Below, piece after piece: positions 19,738 through 29,967 of a stretch of 64,000 nt of DNA. This DNA comes from a virus. The translations under genes were made by a program, and so were the position numbers. The stretch spans positions 72,740-136,739 of the IMG/VR virus record IMGVR_UViG_3300036399_001951; one strand, 5' to 3'. How positions within the stretch are numbered: position 1 is the stretch's first letter; each line of letters starts with the position of its first letter. Under the pieces are notes generated by a model. The model was not told where the DNA came from, did not search any database, and was given only the letters and a program-made list of their open reading frames with translations.

Positions 19738-20898
19738 ATGAAAAATTTTAGTTACCTTAGAGGATTTGATTCGTTTGCCGGTCGTTATAGATTAAACGAA
19801 ATGGCAAGTAATCTAATGTCAATTCCTGAATTTAAGAAAAAGCCCGAATTGATGAGGTTTATTCACACTCTTTCAAGTGAATTAGTTGCCAGAGGATCTG
19901 GTAAAGCTGGTTTAAGAAGAGGTGGTAAATTTAGAACTCAACAGCAGGATTCAAGCAGACCTGGTGGATATTATGGTGGAGACTGGCCGGAGCATCAAGA
20001 TTTTAGATTATCCCATGACGTTATGATTAAAGGAGAGAAAACCGGAAAAGATAGAATATATCAGTGGTTGGATAATTTGAATAAGCAAAAAGATACAGAT
20101 CCTCATGCAATCCTAGTTAGTCCAGATTCAGTTGCACCTCAACTTTGGTATTTAACTAAGAAGACAGGAACCCTTAATCCAAAGGAAAGAATGGCAAGAT
20201 TTGGAACAGAAGACAGATCTGCTGCCTGGAAAGAGGGTATTTCAGTTAAAGCTGGTTATTTCATGAGAGCTATTACGATTGATGCTGAGACAGGAGAACC
20301 TATTTCAACATGGACAGGTACCTTAGGTCAATTGATGGATCACGTATCTGAATATTCAGTTCTTTATATTTTAGAAGATGAAAGAAGAGCCGTTGAAAAG
20401 GCAGAAAAGAGAAGAAAAGAAGCTGAAATTAGCAAAGATAAATTCTTAGATTATTTTAAAGGAGAATATATAAACGTTCTTAATAAAGCATGGCAGAAAA
20501 AATCAGGAAATAGAGCATCTGAATTTGAACAAATGAAGAGCCAAATGTCTCCTGAGGATTTCGCTGACCCTGTAAAATTACAAGAATTAACGCAAAAGGC
20601 AAATGAAATAGGCGGCGGCGGATTTAATCCTAGTGATCTTTCAGTTTATTATGATAAGTGGTTAGAATATATGGCCGAAGCAGGCCATTATAAAGCATCA
20701 GAATATTTGCACGATAAGAAAGCAGATCTTGCCGATGTTCTTAAGAAACATACTATAATGGGAGCATGTAACAGATTTATGCAATATATCTTAACTGGAA
20801 AAGTAACCGGACCTCACTTAGATGTTCTAAAAGATTTAGGTATCGATACTGAAGGCATTGATTCTGGAGATATTGATCTTTCAGATTTAGATATTTAA
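19738..20898 (+). CDS. hypothetical virion (internal head) protein
   Basis: late promoter; leader YLRGFDSFAGRYRLNE; C-terminal IDLSDLDI tag. Confidence 0.6.
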   Translation: MKNFSYLRGFDSFAGRYRLNEMASNLMSIPEFKKKPELMRFIHTLSSELVARGSGKAGLRRGGKFRTQQQDSSRPGGYYGGDWPEHQDFRLSHDVMIKGEKTGKDRIYQWLDNLNKQKDTDPHAILVSPDSVAPQLWYLTKKTGTLNPKERMARFGTEDRSAAWKEGISVKAGYFMRAITIDAETGEPISTWTGTLGQLMDHVSEYSVLYILEDERRAVEKAEKRRKEAEISKDKFLDYFKGEYINVLNKAWQKKSGNRASEFEQMKSQMSPEDFADPVKLQELTQKANEIGGGGFNPSDLSVYYDKWLEYMAEAGHYKASEYLHDKKADLADVLKKHTIMGACNRFMQYILTGKVTGPHLDVLKDLGIDTEGIDSGDIDLSDLDI

Positions 20899-20917
20899 TC
20901 TAAAGTTATATAAAAAG

Positions 20918-20948
20918 AAAAGGAGAATTTTAAAATTCTCCTTTTTTT
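20918..20948. terminator. bidirectional intrinsic terminator
   Basis: AAAAGGAGAATTTT/AAAATTCTCCTTTTTTT between convergent genes. Confidence 0.75.
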
Positions 20949-20968
20949 ATGTCATTTAAAATTTAGAT

Positions 20969-23191
20969 TTAAAGAGATCCAAATGCTCTTAATTGCTCTT
21001 GGAATGTTTCTGAGAATGGCTTCATAATTAAATTAATTTTTCTAGCTTTATCTTCAGTTGTTCTACCTGCTTTAAAATCTTCTGAGATTTTATATAATTG
21101 TCCTACACTTTTAGCAAAATTAGGAGCAACCTCAGCTGTATTAGCGACTGCAGTTGCTAATAAACCTACATCTTTAACTTTCTTGGTTTCCCATAATTCC
21201 TGAATCCATTTACACCAGTATAAAGTTCCTTGTACTTTAAGTGTATCATCTGAATCTTGAATATATGAAGTAATTAAACTCAATATTGCTTGTAATTCAG
21301 AAGTTTCTTTAACCGGAGGTATATCAGAAAGAGGTCTAGGAAGACTCGGATCTTTAAAAATATTTTCTATTTTTTCATATAGAGTACCGTTGTCATCTGT
21401 ATATTTAGCGATAATTTTAACCCAGCTTAAAAACTCTTGAGCTGCTGATCGGCCGATAATTCTACCTAAAGTAGTTCCAATATCATATCTACCATCTTCA
21501 TCCATCAATGCATATTTAAATGCGCCAGATACCTTCATATTAGGTTCAGTCGCATCAGGTACTTGATTTAAGTATTTAGGATCCATTAAGATTTGACTTG
21601 AAATCTGAGCCCATGCAACTGTCCAGCTTCTAGGGTTTGGATATCCAAAGAAAACTCCTTCTTCTGCGGCTTCAGCTTTAGATTTATCTAAGAAATAAAA
21701 TGCTTTAAAATCAGTTTTAATCGGCTCTCCTTTTCTATCGAAGTATTCAACCTTAGCTGGCGTGCCATCTATTGTTCTCAGGTAACTTAAAAATTCTTGA
21801 GGTATGAAATATTGTTCAGATCCATCAATCATTAGAGGGGCTCCTTGTGATCCCTGTCTCATTATACCATTCTTAGGACTTCTAGCAACTTGCTCAATCC
21901 AATTTTGAATAGTTGGAACTAGGTGGAAATGACCTCCTGTAAATCGGCTACCTACTGCAGCTTCTAATTCAGTAACTGGACCATCTGATCTACGGTTACC
22001 TGCTGCCATTACTCTCCATCCCCATGGCATAGTATATCTTCCACTTGCAGTTTGTCTATCTAACAATAGGGTAAGAGAAGCTCCTAGCATCATAGGATCA
22101 GCACGGTTAATCTCATCAAAGAATAGGATTCCTTCTTCAGCGTCTGCCTCTCCTGGCAACCATCCTGGAATTGTCTGTTCCTGACTAATTTTACCTCTCA
22201 TTGAAGCAGGTAGGATAACTTTATCAGTTCCTGAAAGATCTCCTAAATCTAATTCTTCTCCTGGTTTATCTTGATATATTTTTGCTTTCTCAACTGATCC
22301 GGTTTGAAATAGTAGAGGAACTCCACCTAAATCAGTCGGAGTAAAGTTAGCTAATGTAACCACCATTACCGGAAGACCTTGTTTTAATCCCTTCTGATTA
22401 GCAATAAGTTGAGCTACTGATCTTACAATAGCAGTTTTACCAATACCTGGAGCTCCCCAGATCATTGGCATATATCTACCGCCGTCGTCATTATAGATTC
22501 TAACTAGCTGTCTAATTAGTTCATCCGGGGTATATACTTCAACTTCGCTCTTTCCAGAACTAGGTGGAGCAACTGCTCCTGAAGCATCCATAGTTGCTTC
22601 AAATATACTTTTAACATATTTAAATTTTCTACTCTCAAATGAAGCCAGTTCAGGTTCTCCTAATAGTTCTTCCATTCCTTGAGAAGATCCACCTTGAGGT
22701 AGATCCATCATTTCTGGTTTTTCTAATTTGGTGCCTTGTTTAGCATAATCCGATCCTCCAGATACTAATTCTGGGAAAAAGTTTTGAAGTATTTCTTCTT
22801 GAAGAGGATCTGACCATTCCATCCATGCTGGTTTCATTCCTAATTTTATAGCCTTATTTGAGTTTATTCTCCATGCACCTTTACCGATATACCATTCTCC
22901 AACTCTTCTAAGTTCTCCTTTATCGACACCTGCAGATTTTCTAGCTTCCCATGCATCTTGCAAATATTTTAAAGCAGATTCACCTGATGTAACTAGTTGT
23001 TTTCCCTTAGATATTGCCTCTGGACTAGATGACTTTTCCATCAATTCATCTGCATATCTTTGCATCTTTTGTGCAGATTCTTGAGACCCATCATGGTGTA
23101 ATAGAAGACCCATATTACTTGAATCAATAGACCTAACTGCCTCGAACATCGGCATCTGGCTATAATCTAAAAAGTTTTTTAAAAATTTCAT
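20969..23191 (-). CDS. MoxR-family AAA+ ATPase with long N-terminal extension
   Basis: Walker A GAPGIGKT, DLGGVP, Walker B ILFFDEINRA, AAGNR sensor, SRF arginine finger, PNPRSW. Confidence 0.9.
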   Translation of the reverse strand: MKFLKNFLDYSQMPMFEAVRSIDSSNMGLLLHHDGSQESAQKMQRYADELMEKSSSPEAISKGKQLVTSGESALKYLQDAWEARKSAGVDKGELRRVGEWYIGKGAWRINSNKAIKLGMKPAWMEWSDPLQEEILQNFFPELVSGGSDYAKQGTKLEKPEMMDLPQGGSSQGMEELLGEPELASFESRKFKYVKSIFEATMDASGAVAPPSSGKSEVEVYTPDELIRQLVRIYNDDGGRYMPMIWGAPGIGKTAIVRSVAQLIANQKGLKQGLPVMVVTLANFTPTDLGGVPLLFQTGSVEKAKIYQDKPGEELDLGDLSGTDKVILPASMRGKISQEQTIPGWLPGEADAEEGILFFDEINRADPMMLGASLTLLLDRQTASGRYTMPWGWRVMAAGNRRSDGPVTELEAAVGSRFTGGHFHLVPTIQNWIEQVARSPKNGIMRQGSQGAPLMIDGSEQYFIPQEFLSYLRTIDGTPAKVEYFDRKGEPIKTDFKAFYFLDKSKAEAAEEGVFFGYPNPRSWTVAWAQISSQILMDPKYLNQVPDATEPNMKVSGAFKYALMDEDGRYDIGTTLGRIIGRSAAQEFLSWVKIIAKYTDDNGTLYEKIENIFKDPSLPRPLSDIPPVKETSELQAILSLITSYIQDSDDTLKVQGTLYWCKWIQELWETKKVKDVGLLATAVANTAEVAPNFAKSVGQLYKISEDFKAGRTTEDKARKINLIMKPFSETFQEQLRAFGSL

Positions 23192-23213
23192 TGTAGTGAT
23201 TTATTTTAATTAT

Positions 23214-24731
23214 TTATCTATGTTTATTAAACATATTTGTATCTAAGAAGATTCCAATCTTCTCTCCGGGTAGATCCCCAGTTAAGGATTCCCACTGCTG
23301 ATATTGCATACCAGTTGAAGGCTGAATTATTCCCCAGATTAAATTATTGACATCTAGGGCTTCAGTTGCCTTATTCATTGCCTTTGATCCCGGTGCATGA
23401 TCTTCTACATATCCATCTGTAAAGATAATGGTAAATTTGTTTTTCCACTTCTTTTCTATAATCTTATCGTATGCAGAAATTACTTCAGTACCTCCGCGCT
23501 GCCAATTTTTCTGAATATCCTCATTAATTTTAACAAAATCTGTCTTACTTACGCTAGTATATGATCCTGTCCAATATGCAGCGCTATGCCACAATATTAC
23601 ATTTAATTTTTTAATTTTTGCCTCTTGTAAAGCTGCCTGTAGCTCAGTTAAAATAACCGATAATTCAGAGAATGACATACTGTAACTAGTATCTATTGCA
23701 ATATTGGTTTCAGGTAACGTATCTTTAGGAGGAATTCTGCTTGGGATTCTGGTTCTAAGCATTGGGTTACCTGCGTATCTTTTATCCCAAGGTTTCCATT
23801 TACTTAATTCATTTGAATAAGCAGATAGTCTCTTTTTAAATATTTGACCCCAATCAACTGATGCGATTTCTTCCATTAAGATTCTATCTCTAAAAGATCC
23901 GCCGTCGCCAGAGCCTTTACCTTTCTGTTTTGATCCTTTTGCATTTGTTATCGGATCAGTTGGAACTCCTGTTGCAATTTTTTTATTAATTTCATCAATT
24001 TTTCTAACAGTATCAGGATCGGTCCAAATTCTTTCATTATCTTCTCCGCCGTCTAATTGACCTCCAGGTTCACCACCAGGTTCACCACCAGGATCAGATT
24101 CTCCAATGTTCCAAGTTCCTTCGGGACCTTCTTTAGATTTCAGTGCCTCATCTATCTTTTTAAGAAAATCTTCAGGTAAATCAGCTTCCCCTGATGTTAG
24201 ACCTCCCGGCTGTCCTTGACCTCCAGGCTGACCTTGTCCTCCAGGTTGTCCCTGTCCTCCAGGCTGACCTTGACCTCCCGGCTGTCCTTGACCTCCGGGC
24301 TGACCTTGTCCTCCAGGTTGTCCCTGTCCTCCAGGTTGTCCCTGTCCTCCAGGTTGTCCTTGTCCTCCAGGCTGACCTTGACCTCCGGGCTGACCTTGTC
24401 CTCCAGGTTGTCCCTGTCCTCCAGGTTGTCCCTGTCCTCCAGGTTGTCCTTGTCCTCCAGGCTGACCTTGTCCTTGACCTCCAGGCTGTCCCTGTCCTCC
24501 AGGTTGACCTTGTCCATCTTGACCGTCTTGACCGTCTTGACCTTGTCCGTCTTGACCTTGTCCATCTTGACCGTCTTGACCTTGTCCGTCTTGACCGTCT
24601 TGACCTTGTCCATCTTGACCGTCTTGACCTTGTCCATCTTGACCGTCTTGACCTTGTCCATCTTGACCCTGCTGATCTTGCTGCTTTTTATCTAATTTAA
24701 TTAAGTCTTTGACTTTTACTATTGTACCCAT
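23214..24731 (-). CDS. vWA-domain protein (DUF2201 C-terminal-like) with G/Q/P low-complexity N-terminus
   Basis: MIDAS motif IAIDTSYSMS, RGGT, IIFTDGY. Confidence 0.85.
   Translation of the reverse strand: MGTIVKVKDLIKLDKKQQDQQGQDGQGQDGQDGQGQDGQDGQGQDGQDGQGQDGQDGQGQDGQGQDGQDGQDGQGQPGGQGQPGGQGQGQPGGQGQPGGQGQPGGQGQPGGQGQPGGQGQPGGQGQPGGQGQPGGQGQPGGQGQPGGQGQPGGQGQPGGQGQPGGQGQPGGQGQPGGLTSGEADLPEDFLKKIDEALKSKEGPEGTWNIGESDPGGEPGGEPGGQLDGGEDNERIWTDPDTVRKIDEINKKIATGVPTDPITNAKGSKQKGKGSGDGGSFRDRILMEEIASVDWGQIFKKRLSAYSNELSKWKPWDKRYAGNPMLRTRIPSRIPPKDTLPETNIAIDTSYSMSFSELSVILTELQAALQEAKIKKLNVILWHSAAYWTGSYTSVSKTDFVKINEDIQKNWQRGGTEVISAYDKIIEKKWKNKFTIIFTDGYVEDHAPGSKAMNKATEALDVNNLIWGIIQPSTGMQYQQWESLTGDLPGEKIGIFLDTNMFNKHR
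24200..24670 (-). repeat. coding tandem repeats (GQPGGQ)n with 18-bp unit, plus (GQDGQ/GQG)n
   Basis: about 17 GQPGGQ units and about 12 GQD units visible in protein and DNA. Confidence 0.95.
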
Positions 24732-24740
24732 ATCGAAAAA

Positions 24741-25865
24741 TTAAATATCCATATCTTTTAATAAGTTGTCCCATTCACCGGACCTTGTTGAATTTTCTGT
24801 TCCCTCAACATCTATATCTGCAATTTGAATTATATCTTGGCCCCCAGCCGTTTTTTGCATTGCTTCTTCTTTGGTTATAGGATTTATTTCAACATCCATG
24901 TTATCAGGATCACTGTCATCTCCAATAACGCTAACCACTTCTCCGTATTCTCCAGGTTTAGATTTTAATTCTACAATATCACCAGGAGAAAGAGGTACGT
25001 TTTTATTAGGCTGAGGTGTTGATTGAGGCGGCGTCGGATCAGGGGCCTTCTTTCCTGCTCTAGCTGCTTCAATATTTCTTAATAATCTATAGAAAATTCT
25101 TTCACTAGAACTAGCTCCAAAGAAGTCTTCTTCTCCGGCCGGGGCTTTAAATCCTCCAGCTTCATGATCCACTCCTCCTGGAAACATTTCTACCATGTCC
25201 GCCAACATAGATTTAATGATTCTATTGATCTCATAATCTTGAGCTAGATTCCATAATCTATGTATTTCATATGGAGTTAAATAAGGTGAAACTACATTCT
25301 GTTGACGAGTTCTTAAAAAATGCTTTAAACTATTATGCATTATTTCGTGTATAATTACAAAGGTAGCATAATCATTAAACCACTTTTCTCCATTTCTCAT
25401 TATTTGCCAAGGGCTACCTTTAGCTGCCACACCCTTCATATGCTTTCTTGCAAATTCAAAAGTGTACATAACAAATCTAGGACAATATCTGATAGAACTA
25501 CCATTCGTGTCCATTGTTCCAATCTTTGGAGTTAGTGAAGATCCCGCTAAAAAGAATGGCACAGGTGGCATGATATCCCAATAGGGCTTAAACCATTCCA
25601 ATCTTTCGAAGATTTTTATTCTACATAGAATAATTATATTCTCAGTCTTCTTTAAAACGTCTGCGTCCGACATTGCTTCAACCCTTGCTATAACTTCAGG
25701 GTCCCATCCAAGAGAAGGATGTGCTTGTGATGGATCCAATCTACCTTGAGATCCTCCTACACCTGCTTCTTGTTCTAAACCTTCATTTAAATACCAAAGA
25801 GATGGATTGAGCCTAGATTCATAAATTTGACCAGACCAGTCTCTAAATCCTTTTATAATAGTCAT
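24741..25865 (-). CDS. zincin metallopeptidase (DUF2201 N-terminal-like) with C-terminal SH3/KOW-like segment
   Basis: TMDTNG..I.Y.P.F, FVIIHEIMH..LKH..R, WNLAQDYEIN; LSPGDIVE...GEVVSV. Confidence 0.85.
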   Translation of the reverse strand: MTIIKGFRDWSGQIYESRLNPSLWYLNEGLEQEAGVGGSQGRLDPSQAHPSLGWDPEVIARVEAMSDADVLKKTENIIILCRIKIFERLEWFKPYWDIMPPVPFFLAGSSLTPKIGTMDTNGSSIRYCPRFVMYTFEFARKHMKGVAAKGSPWQIMRNGEKWFNDYATFVIIHEIMHNSLKHFLRTRQQNVVSPYLTPYEIHRLWNLAQDYEINRIIKSMLADMVEMFPGGVDHEAGGFKAPAGEEDFFGASSSERIFYRLLRNIEAARAGKKAPDPTPPQSTPQPNKNVPLSPGDIVELKSKPGEYGEVVSVIGDDSDPDNMDVEINPITKEEAMQKTAGGQDIIQIADIDVEGTENSTRSGEWDNLLKDMDI

Positions 25866-25941
25866 TAAATCATAGTATTTTTATTATTTATCTTAAATAG
25901 TACTTATATTTTAAGTATTATAAATAATAAAAACCGAAATT

Positions 25942-26277
25942 ATGAATTCGAATAGCTTTGAAGGAAAACACTCTAAGCTCTATATAGAGATTCCTGATAC
26001 TGAAGAATCTATTGAGAATAGACTTAGAGAATTATCAAAACGGGATCAATATTTAGCAATCATTGGATGGAGGGAATGTTTAAACCAATACACTTCATTT
26101 AAACCAGAGGGAGCAAAGATATTAGAAAGAATTTGGAAAGAAATCCTATTTGAAAAAGGAATAAGCAAATGGGATGGAATTACCTATCTATATTATCAAT
26201 TATGCGATATTGTTGCGATTGAGACTGCTATAAAAAAGATTAAAGAAGAGCCGGATAATAGCCTGGATTTTATTTAG
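25942..26277 (+). CDS. hypothetical protein
   Basis: 111-aa ORF after TATAAATA. Confidence 0.6.
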   Translation: MNSNSFEGKHSKLYIEIPDTEESIENRLRELSKRDQYLAIIGWRECLNQYTSFKPEGAKILERIWKEILFEKGISKWDGITYLYYQLCDIVAIETAIKKIKEEPDNSLDFI

Positions 26278-26362
26278 ATAAGAGCCAAAATATTTATGGA
26301 AGGAACAGGGACCTACTGCAAGAGGTCCCTGTTTCATTTATAAATAATAAGAAACAACTGGC

Positions 26363-26671
26363 ATGAAAAAATTAAATTTTAAATTATTTAAAGATATATT
26401 GATGGAAAAAGGATTCTATTCACAAGGAAGAATCTATCTATTTATTTCTATTATTGCATACTATGCTGCACTTGCAATATTGACTTGCACTGGATTGAGC
26501 CATAAGAAAGCAAATATAGACATCAATAATTTTAAAATAATCATCGATGGTCTACAATATGCAATGGTGTTATTTGCAGGTTATGTGTTTGGTGGAAAAT
26601 TCGTAGATGTGTTTAAAGAGGCTAAATATTTAAAGGGAAAAGATAATTCAGCTGAAGAATCAAATAACTAG
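26363..26671 (+). CDS. two-TM membrane protein (holin-like candidate)
   Basis: YSQGRIYLF..TM1, TM2 ending GYVFGGKF, charged tail; late promoter. Confidence 0.5.
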   Translation: MKKLNFKLFKDILMEKGFYSQGRIYLFISIIAYYAALAILTCTGLSHKKANIDINNFKIIIDGLQYAMVLFAGYVFGGKFVDVFKEAKYLKGKDNSAEESNN

Positions 26672-27700
26672 TCCAACATAATCTTCTCCTGAACTAATAG
26701 ATCCTTTTGATATATCAGATTTACCAACATACCCAACGCTAGGTCTTTCCAATAGTATTATATATCCAGAGACAGCTGGAGTATCAGGCCCTCTTAGTTT
26801 ATGAATTGCAACTGAATCTTTATTCTTATTAAATAAATCACTGTGCTCCTCGGTATTTTTTTCCCAATCTTTTAGAATATACTGTACTCCTGAATAAGAT
26901 TCCATTGAGCTACGTGCATCCGACGTAAGTCCTGATAAAGATTTTTCGTGCATCTTGACATATACAATATCCCCTGCTTTAAAAGTATTTTTATTATTAG
27001 AGTTTGAGGTGTTTGTAAATCCGTTCACTACTACCTTTTTATCAGAATCCGATTTAGAAATAACCGGATAGAACATATTATCATTAAAGAACCATGAAAC
27101 CTTACCTGAAAATTTTGAAGATTTTACAGGTTTAAGTTTAAATTTTTGAAGATTAGAGTCAACTGGGACCCAATCAAAGATCCAAGTTTCCTTTCCGTCT
27201 TCAGAGAGAGGAGAGAGGGACCAATCTCCAGAGCTAAACTTTTTATAAGCTGAAGTCCTATCTACTCCCTCGCCTTTACTTAATCCAATTAAAAAATCCT
27301 TAAGATCCCCATTATTCATCTTCTGTATATCGATTATATAATCATTTGAAGAATTTAATAGATCCTCCGTTAAAACCTCATTATTATATTTTGTAAATGC
27401 ATCAAACGCCGAATTATTTAAATTGAGAATTCCAGATTTTACATCGTCATATATTTTACTTGGAATCTTATTGCCAAATGAGGATGATGCATCGGATGAA
27501 GAGCTAGACTCTCCAGTTGACGCAGGTGCTGTACTCGGTGCTGCGGCACCTGAGGAAACTGCTCCGGCACCTGAGGAAGCTGCCCCGGAAAATGCAGAGG
27601 TTGAACTAGATGAATTAAAGGTACCAAAGTTAGGTGCTCCAATAACTGACTGCTCGTTAACTAATTTCCAGCCTTTATATGACTTAATGTATCGATTCAT
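26660..27700 (-). CDS. hypothetical virion protein with Ser/Ala-rich linker
   Basis: leader MNRYIKSYKGWKLVNE; late promoter. Confidence 0.6.
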   Translation of the reverse strand: MNRYIKSYKGWKLVNEQSVIGAPNFGTFNSSSSTSAFSGAASSGAGAVSSGAAAPSTAPASTGESSSSSDASSSFGNKIPSKIYDDVKSGILNLNNSAFDAFTKYNNEVLTEDLLNSSNDYIIDIQKMNNGDLKDFLIGLSKGEGVDRTSAYKKFSSGDWSLSPLSEDGKETWIFDWVPVDSNLQKFKLKPVKSSKFSGKVSWFFNDNMFYPVISKSDSDKKVVVNGFTNTSNSNNKNTFKAGDIVYVKMHEKSLSGLTSDARSSMESYSGVQYILKDWEKNTEEHSDLFNKNKDSVAIHKLRGPDTPAVSGYIILLERPSVGYVGKSDISKGSISSGEDYVGLVI

Positions 27701-27768
27701 TAAAAAACCTTTTAATTATTTATTCAAATATGGTATAGTATTATTCAATTTTAATTAACTTACATTAA

Positions 27769-28677
27769 ATGAGACAGTTTAAAATTTCAGAACGATACAC
27801 TATTCGCCACAGCGATAGTTTAAATAGATATCTATCTGAAGTATCACAGTATCCTCTTTTAAATTTAGAAGAAGAATTTAAAGTATCTACTGCAGCAAGA
27901 TCCGGAGATCAGGCTGCCCTTGAAAAATTAGTTAGATCAAATCTAAGATTTGTAATCAGTGTTGCCAAAATGTACGGAGGCAGAGATGCAGTCTTATTAG
28001 GTGATTTGATAAATGAAGGCAACATGGGCCTAGTTGAGGCAGCTCATTTATTTGATCCAACTACTGGTTTTAAATTTATATCATATGCAGTATGGCATGT
28101 TAGAAAGAACATGACTAAATATCTAACTGATAATTCCAGAACTGTAAGAATTCCTCAAAATAAAGTAAGCGCATTAAATAGAATTAAAGATATTGAATCT
28201 AGAATGGCTACTAAATTAGACCGAGATCCTACTCGAGATGAGGTTGTAGAAGAATATGTAAAGACTTCTCCAGAAATGATGAAGCTTAAGAGCACAGATG
28301 GTGCATTTGATTCAATTAAAGAGGTAATGGAAATGGGATCCAAATCGGTTCCACTTGAAGGAGACTCTAGTAATCCAGATCAAGACTTTGGTCCAATTGA
28401 ATATCTCAACGGGGACTCAGATGGGGCAGATCACTTGGTGCTTAAAAACGATTCGATTGAAGTTTTAAATACTCTACTCTCTTTTCTTAATAGTCGTGAA
28501 CGTGAAGTCATAAGCAAAAGATTTGGAATTGGAGGAGCACACCCTGAGTCTAGAGATTCTCTTGCTGATCAATTTGAAGTCTCTATAGAAACTATTAGAG
28601 GTTGGGAAACTAAGATTATTAGAAAGCTATCTAAGTTGTCTAGGAAGACTGGGATCAATCAAGATATGTTATCTTAA
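27769..28677 (+). CDS. rpoD: sigma70-family RNA polymerase sigma factor (Bacteroidota SigA-like, no region 1.1)
   Basis: SLNRYLSEV (1.2); NLRFVISVAK, DLINEGNMGLVEAA..FDP..GFKFISYAVW (2); RTVRIP (3); LNSREREVI..RFGI HTH (4). Confidence 0.9.
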   Translation: MRQFKISERYTIRHSDSLNRYLSEVSQYPLLNLEEEFKVSTAARSGDQAALEKLVRSNLRFVISVAKMYGGRDAVLLGDLINEGNMGLVEAAHLFDPTTGFKFISYAVWHVRKNMTKYLTDNSRTVRIPQNKVSALNRIKDIESRMATKLDRDPTRDEVVEEYVKTSPEMMKLKSTDGAFDSIKEVMEMGSKSVPLEGDSSNPDQDFGPIEYLNGDSDGADHLVLKNDSIEVLNTLLSFLNSREREVISKRFGIGGAHPESRDSLADQFEVSIETIRGWETKIIRKLSKLSRKTGINQDMLS

Positions 28678-29298
28678 TCCCATTAAGAAAGCAATTTTAA
28701 CCATGCTCTTAATATATTCTGGGTCCTCTTCGGATCGATCGAATATATCCTTGGATCTTTGATCAAATTCTATTTCTTTTAATTTTGCTTTTAAAGAATT
28801 TAGAACTGAAGATGGAATATTCATTTGTTTTCCCATTTTCTTCATTCTCATAATTTCAAGATATTCTGGAATTTGAAATACTTTGCTATATAAATTTTCA
28901 AAGGCAATATATTCTGAAGACTTATGATGGTGTTTTCGTCCAGTGCCTGGGGTTAAGATTACAACTGGCTTGCCATGAGACAATTCACTCCATAAATATC
29001 TTAAACCTCGAGTGTCATATTCTTCAAATTCTGGAAGTCCTTCCCAGCCTTCAAATTCATTTGGGGAATAAAAGATGTGATAGTCGTAGTTTTCAACCCC
29101 TTTAGAGATTCGGGTTTCTCCTCGAGCTGCCCAATATCTATCGGCTCCAATAAATTCTCCTGCCTTAAATTTAGCATTTTGAGCAATTATTATACCCATA
29201 TTAAAGGACCCCTCTGATCCAAACTCAGTCTCATGATCTATTTTAGATTCATATACCTTTTTCCACCATCGATCATATGAGGCAACACTAGAATTCAT
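28669..29298 (-). CDS. hypothetical virion protein
   Basis: leader VASYDRWWKKVYE; late promoter. Confidence 0.55.
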   Translation of the reverse strand: MNSSVASYDRWWKKVYESKIDHETEFGSEGSFNMGIIIAQNAKFKAGEFIGADRYWAARGETRISKGVENYDYHIFYSPNEFEGWEGLPEFEEYDTRGLRYLWSELSHGKPVVILTPGTGRKHHHKSSEYIAFENLYSKVFQIPEYLEIMRMKKMGKQMNIPSSVLNSLKAKLKEIEFDQRSKDIFDRSEEDPEYIKSMVKIAFLMGLR

Positions 29299-29340
29299 AC
29301 TATATTCTTTTTTATTATTTATCTTCTACCGATAGTAAAA

Positions 29341-29907
29341 CTATCTGGTTTTTAAAATCCAAAGATTCCACCATATTACAAGAGCAGAATGTACAATCTC
29401 AGACGGTGCCATGCCTTTCCAGATTGGAATAAGTACAAGTGGAAAGATTATCATAGAAGTACTGATGAGAATCATTTGAATCCAATGTGACCATTTAATG
29501 TGCGCTCGATTTAGATATGCTATTACAAAAATAACCAGGGGATATCCAAGAAAGTAGGAAAATGCAAATAGGTTATGTAAAAATTCCCAATCCATATTGA
29601 ATGCACCGGTTAATATTAGGCATGCTGAAACGATCGAACATAATATTTTAGGCACTGACTTGATTGGCATCCTAGAATAATTTTCAAGCCACATCCATTG
29701 ATTAATCCAAGTACTAATTCCTATTAAGATAAGGGCCCCGTTCCAGAAATAGGAAATACCTTCTATTTTACTCCAATAACTTAGTTGAATTTCAGTTATT
29801 TTAAATCCAGTAACGGCCCAACATAAGGCAGTAATTAATATAAAAATTAAAACACTAAATATAGTCTGAAATTTTCTAATTGTGTTTACTACTGCCTCCC
29901 GATCCAC
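29341..29907 (-). CDS. multi-pass membrane protein (DUF998-like)
   Basis: about 5 TM segments; QLSYW, LHNLFA..YF. Confidence 0.6.
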   Translation of the reverse strand: MDREAVVNTIRKFQTIFSVLIFILITALCWAVTGFKITEIQLSYWSKIEGISYFWNGALILIGISTWINQWMWLENYSRMPIKSVPKILCSIVSACLILTGAFNMDWEFLHNLFAFSYFLGYPLVIFVIAYLNRAHIKWSHWIQMILISTSMIIFPLVLIPIWKGMAPSEIVHSALVIWWNLWILKTR

Positions 29908-29967
29908 ATCATTTGATTTTTTATAAATTTATTTATAGATAAATAATATTAAATATAGATAATTGAA

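Noticed and set aside
17330-23191. Inteins or introns in the ligase or AAA+ ATPase
   Set aside because: Motif spacing is continuous; no C/S...HN splice junctions or homing-endonuclease motifs seen.
24194-24700. Alternative-frame ORFs (168, 154 and 159 aa) over the GQ repeat
   Set aside because: By-products of a stop-free tandem repeat; only the frame continuous with the vWA domain is credible.
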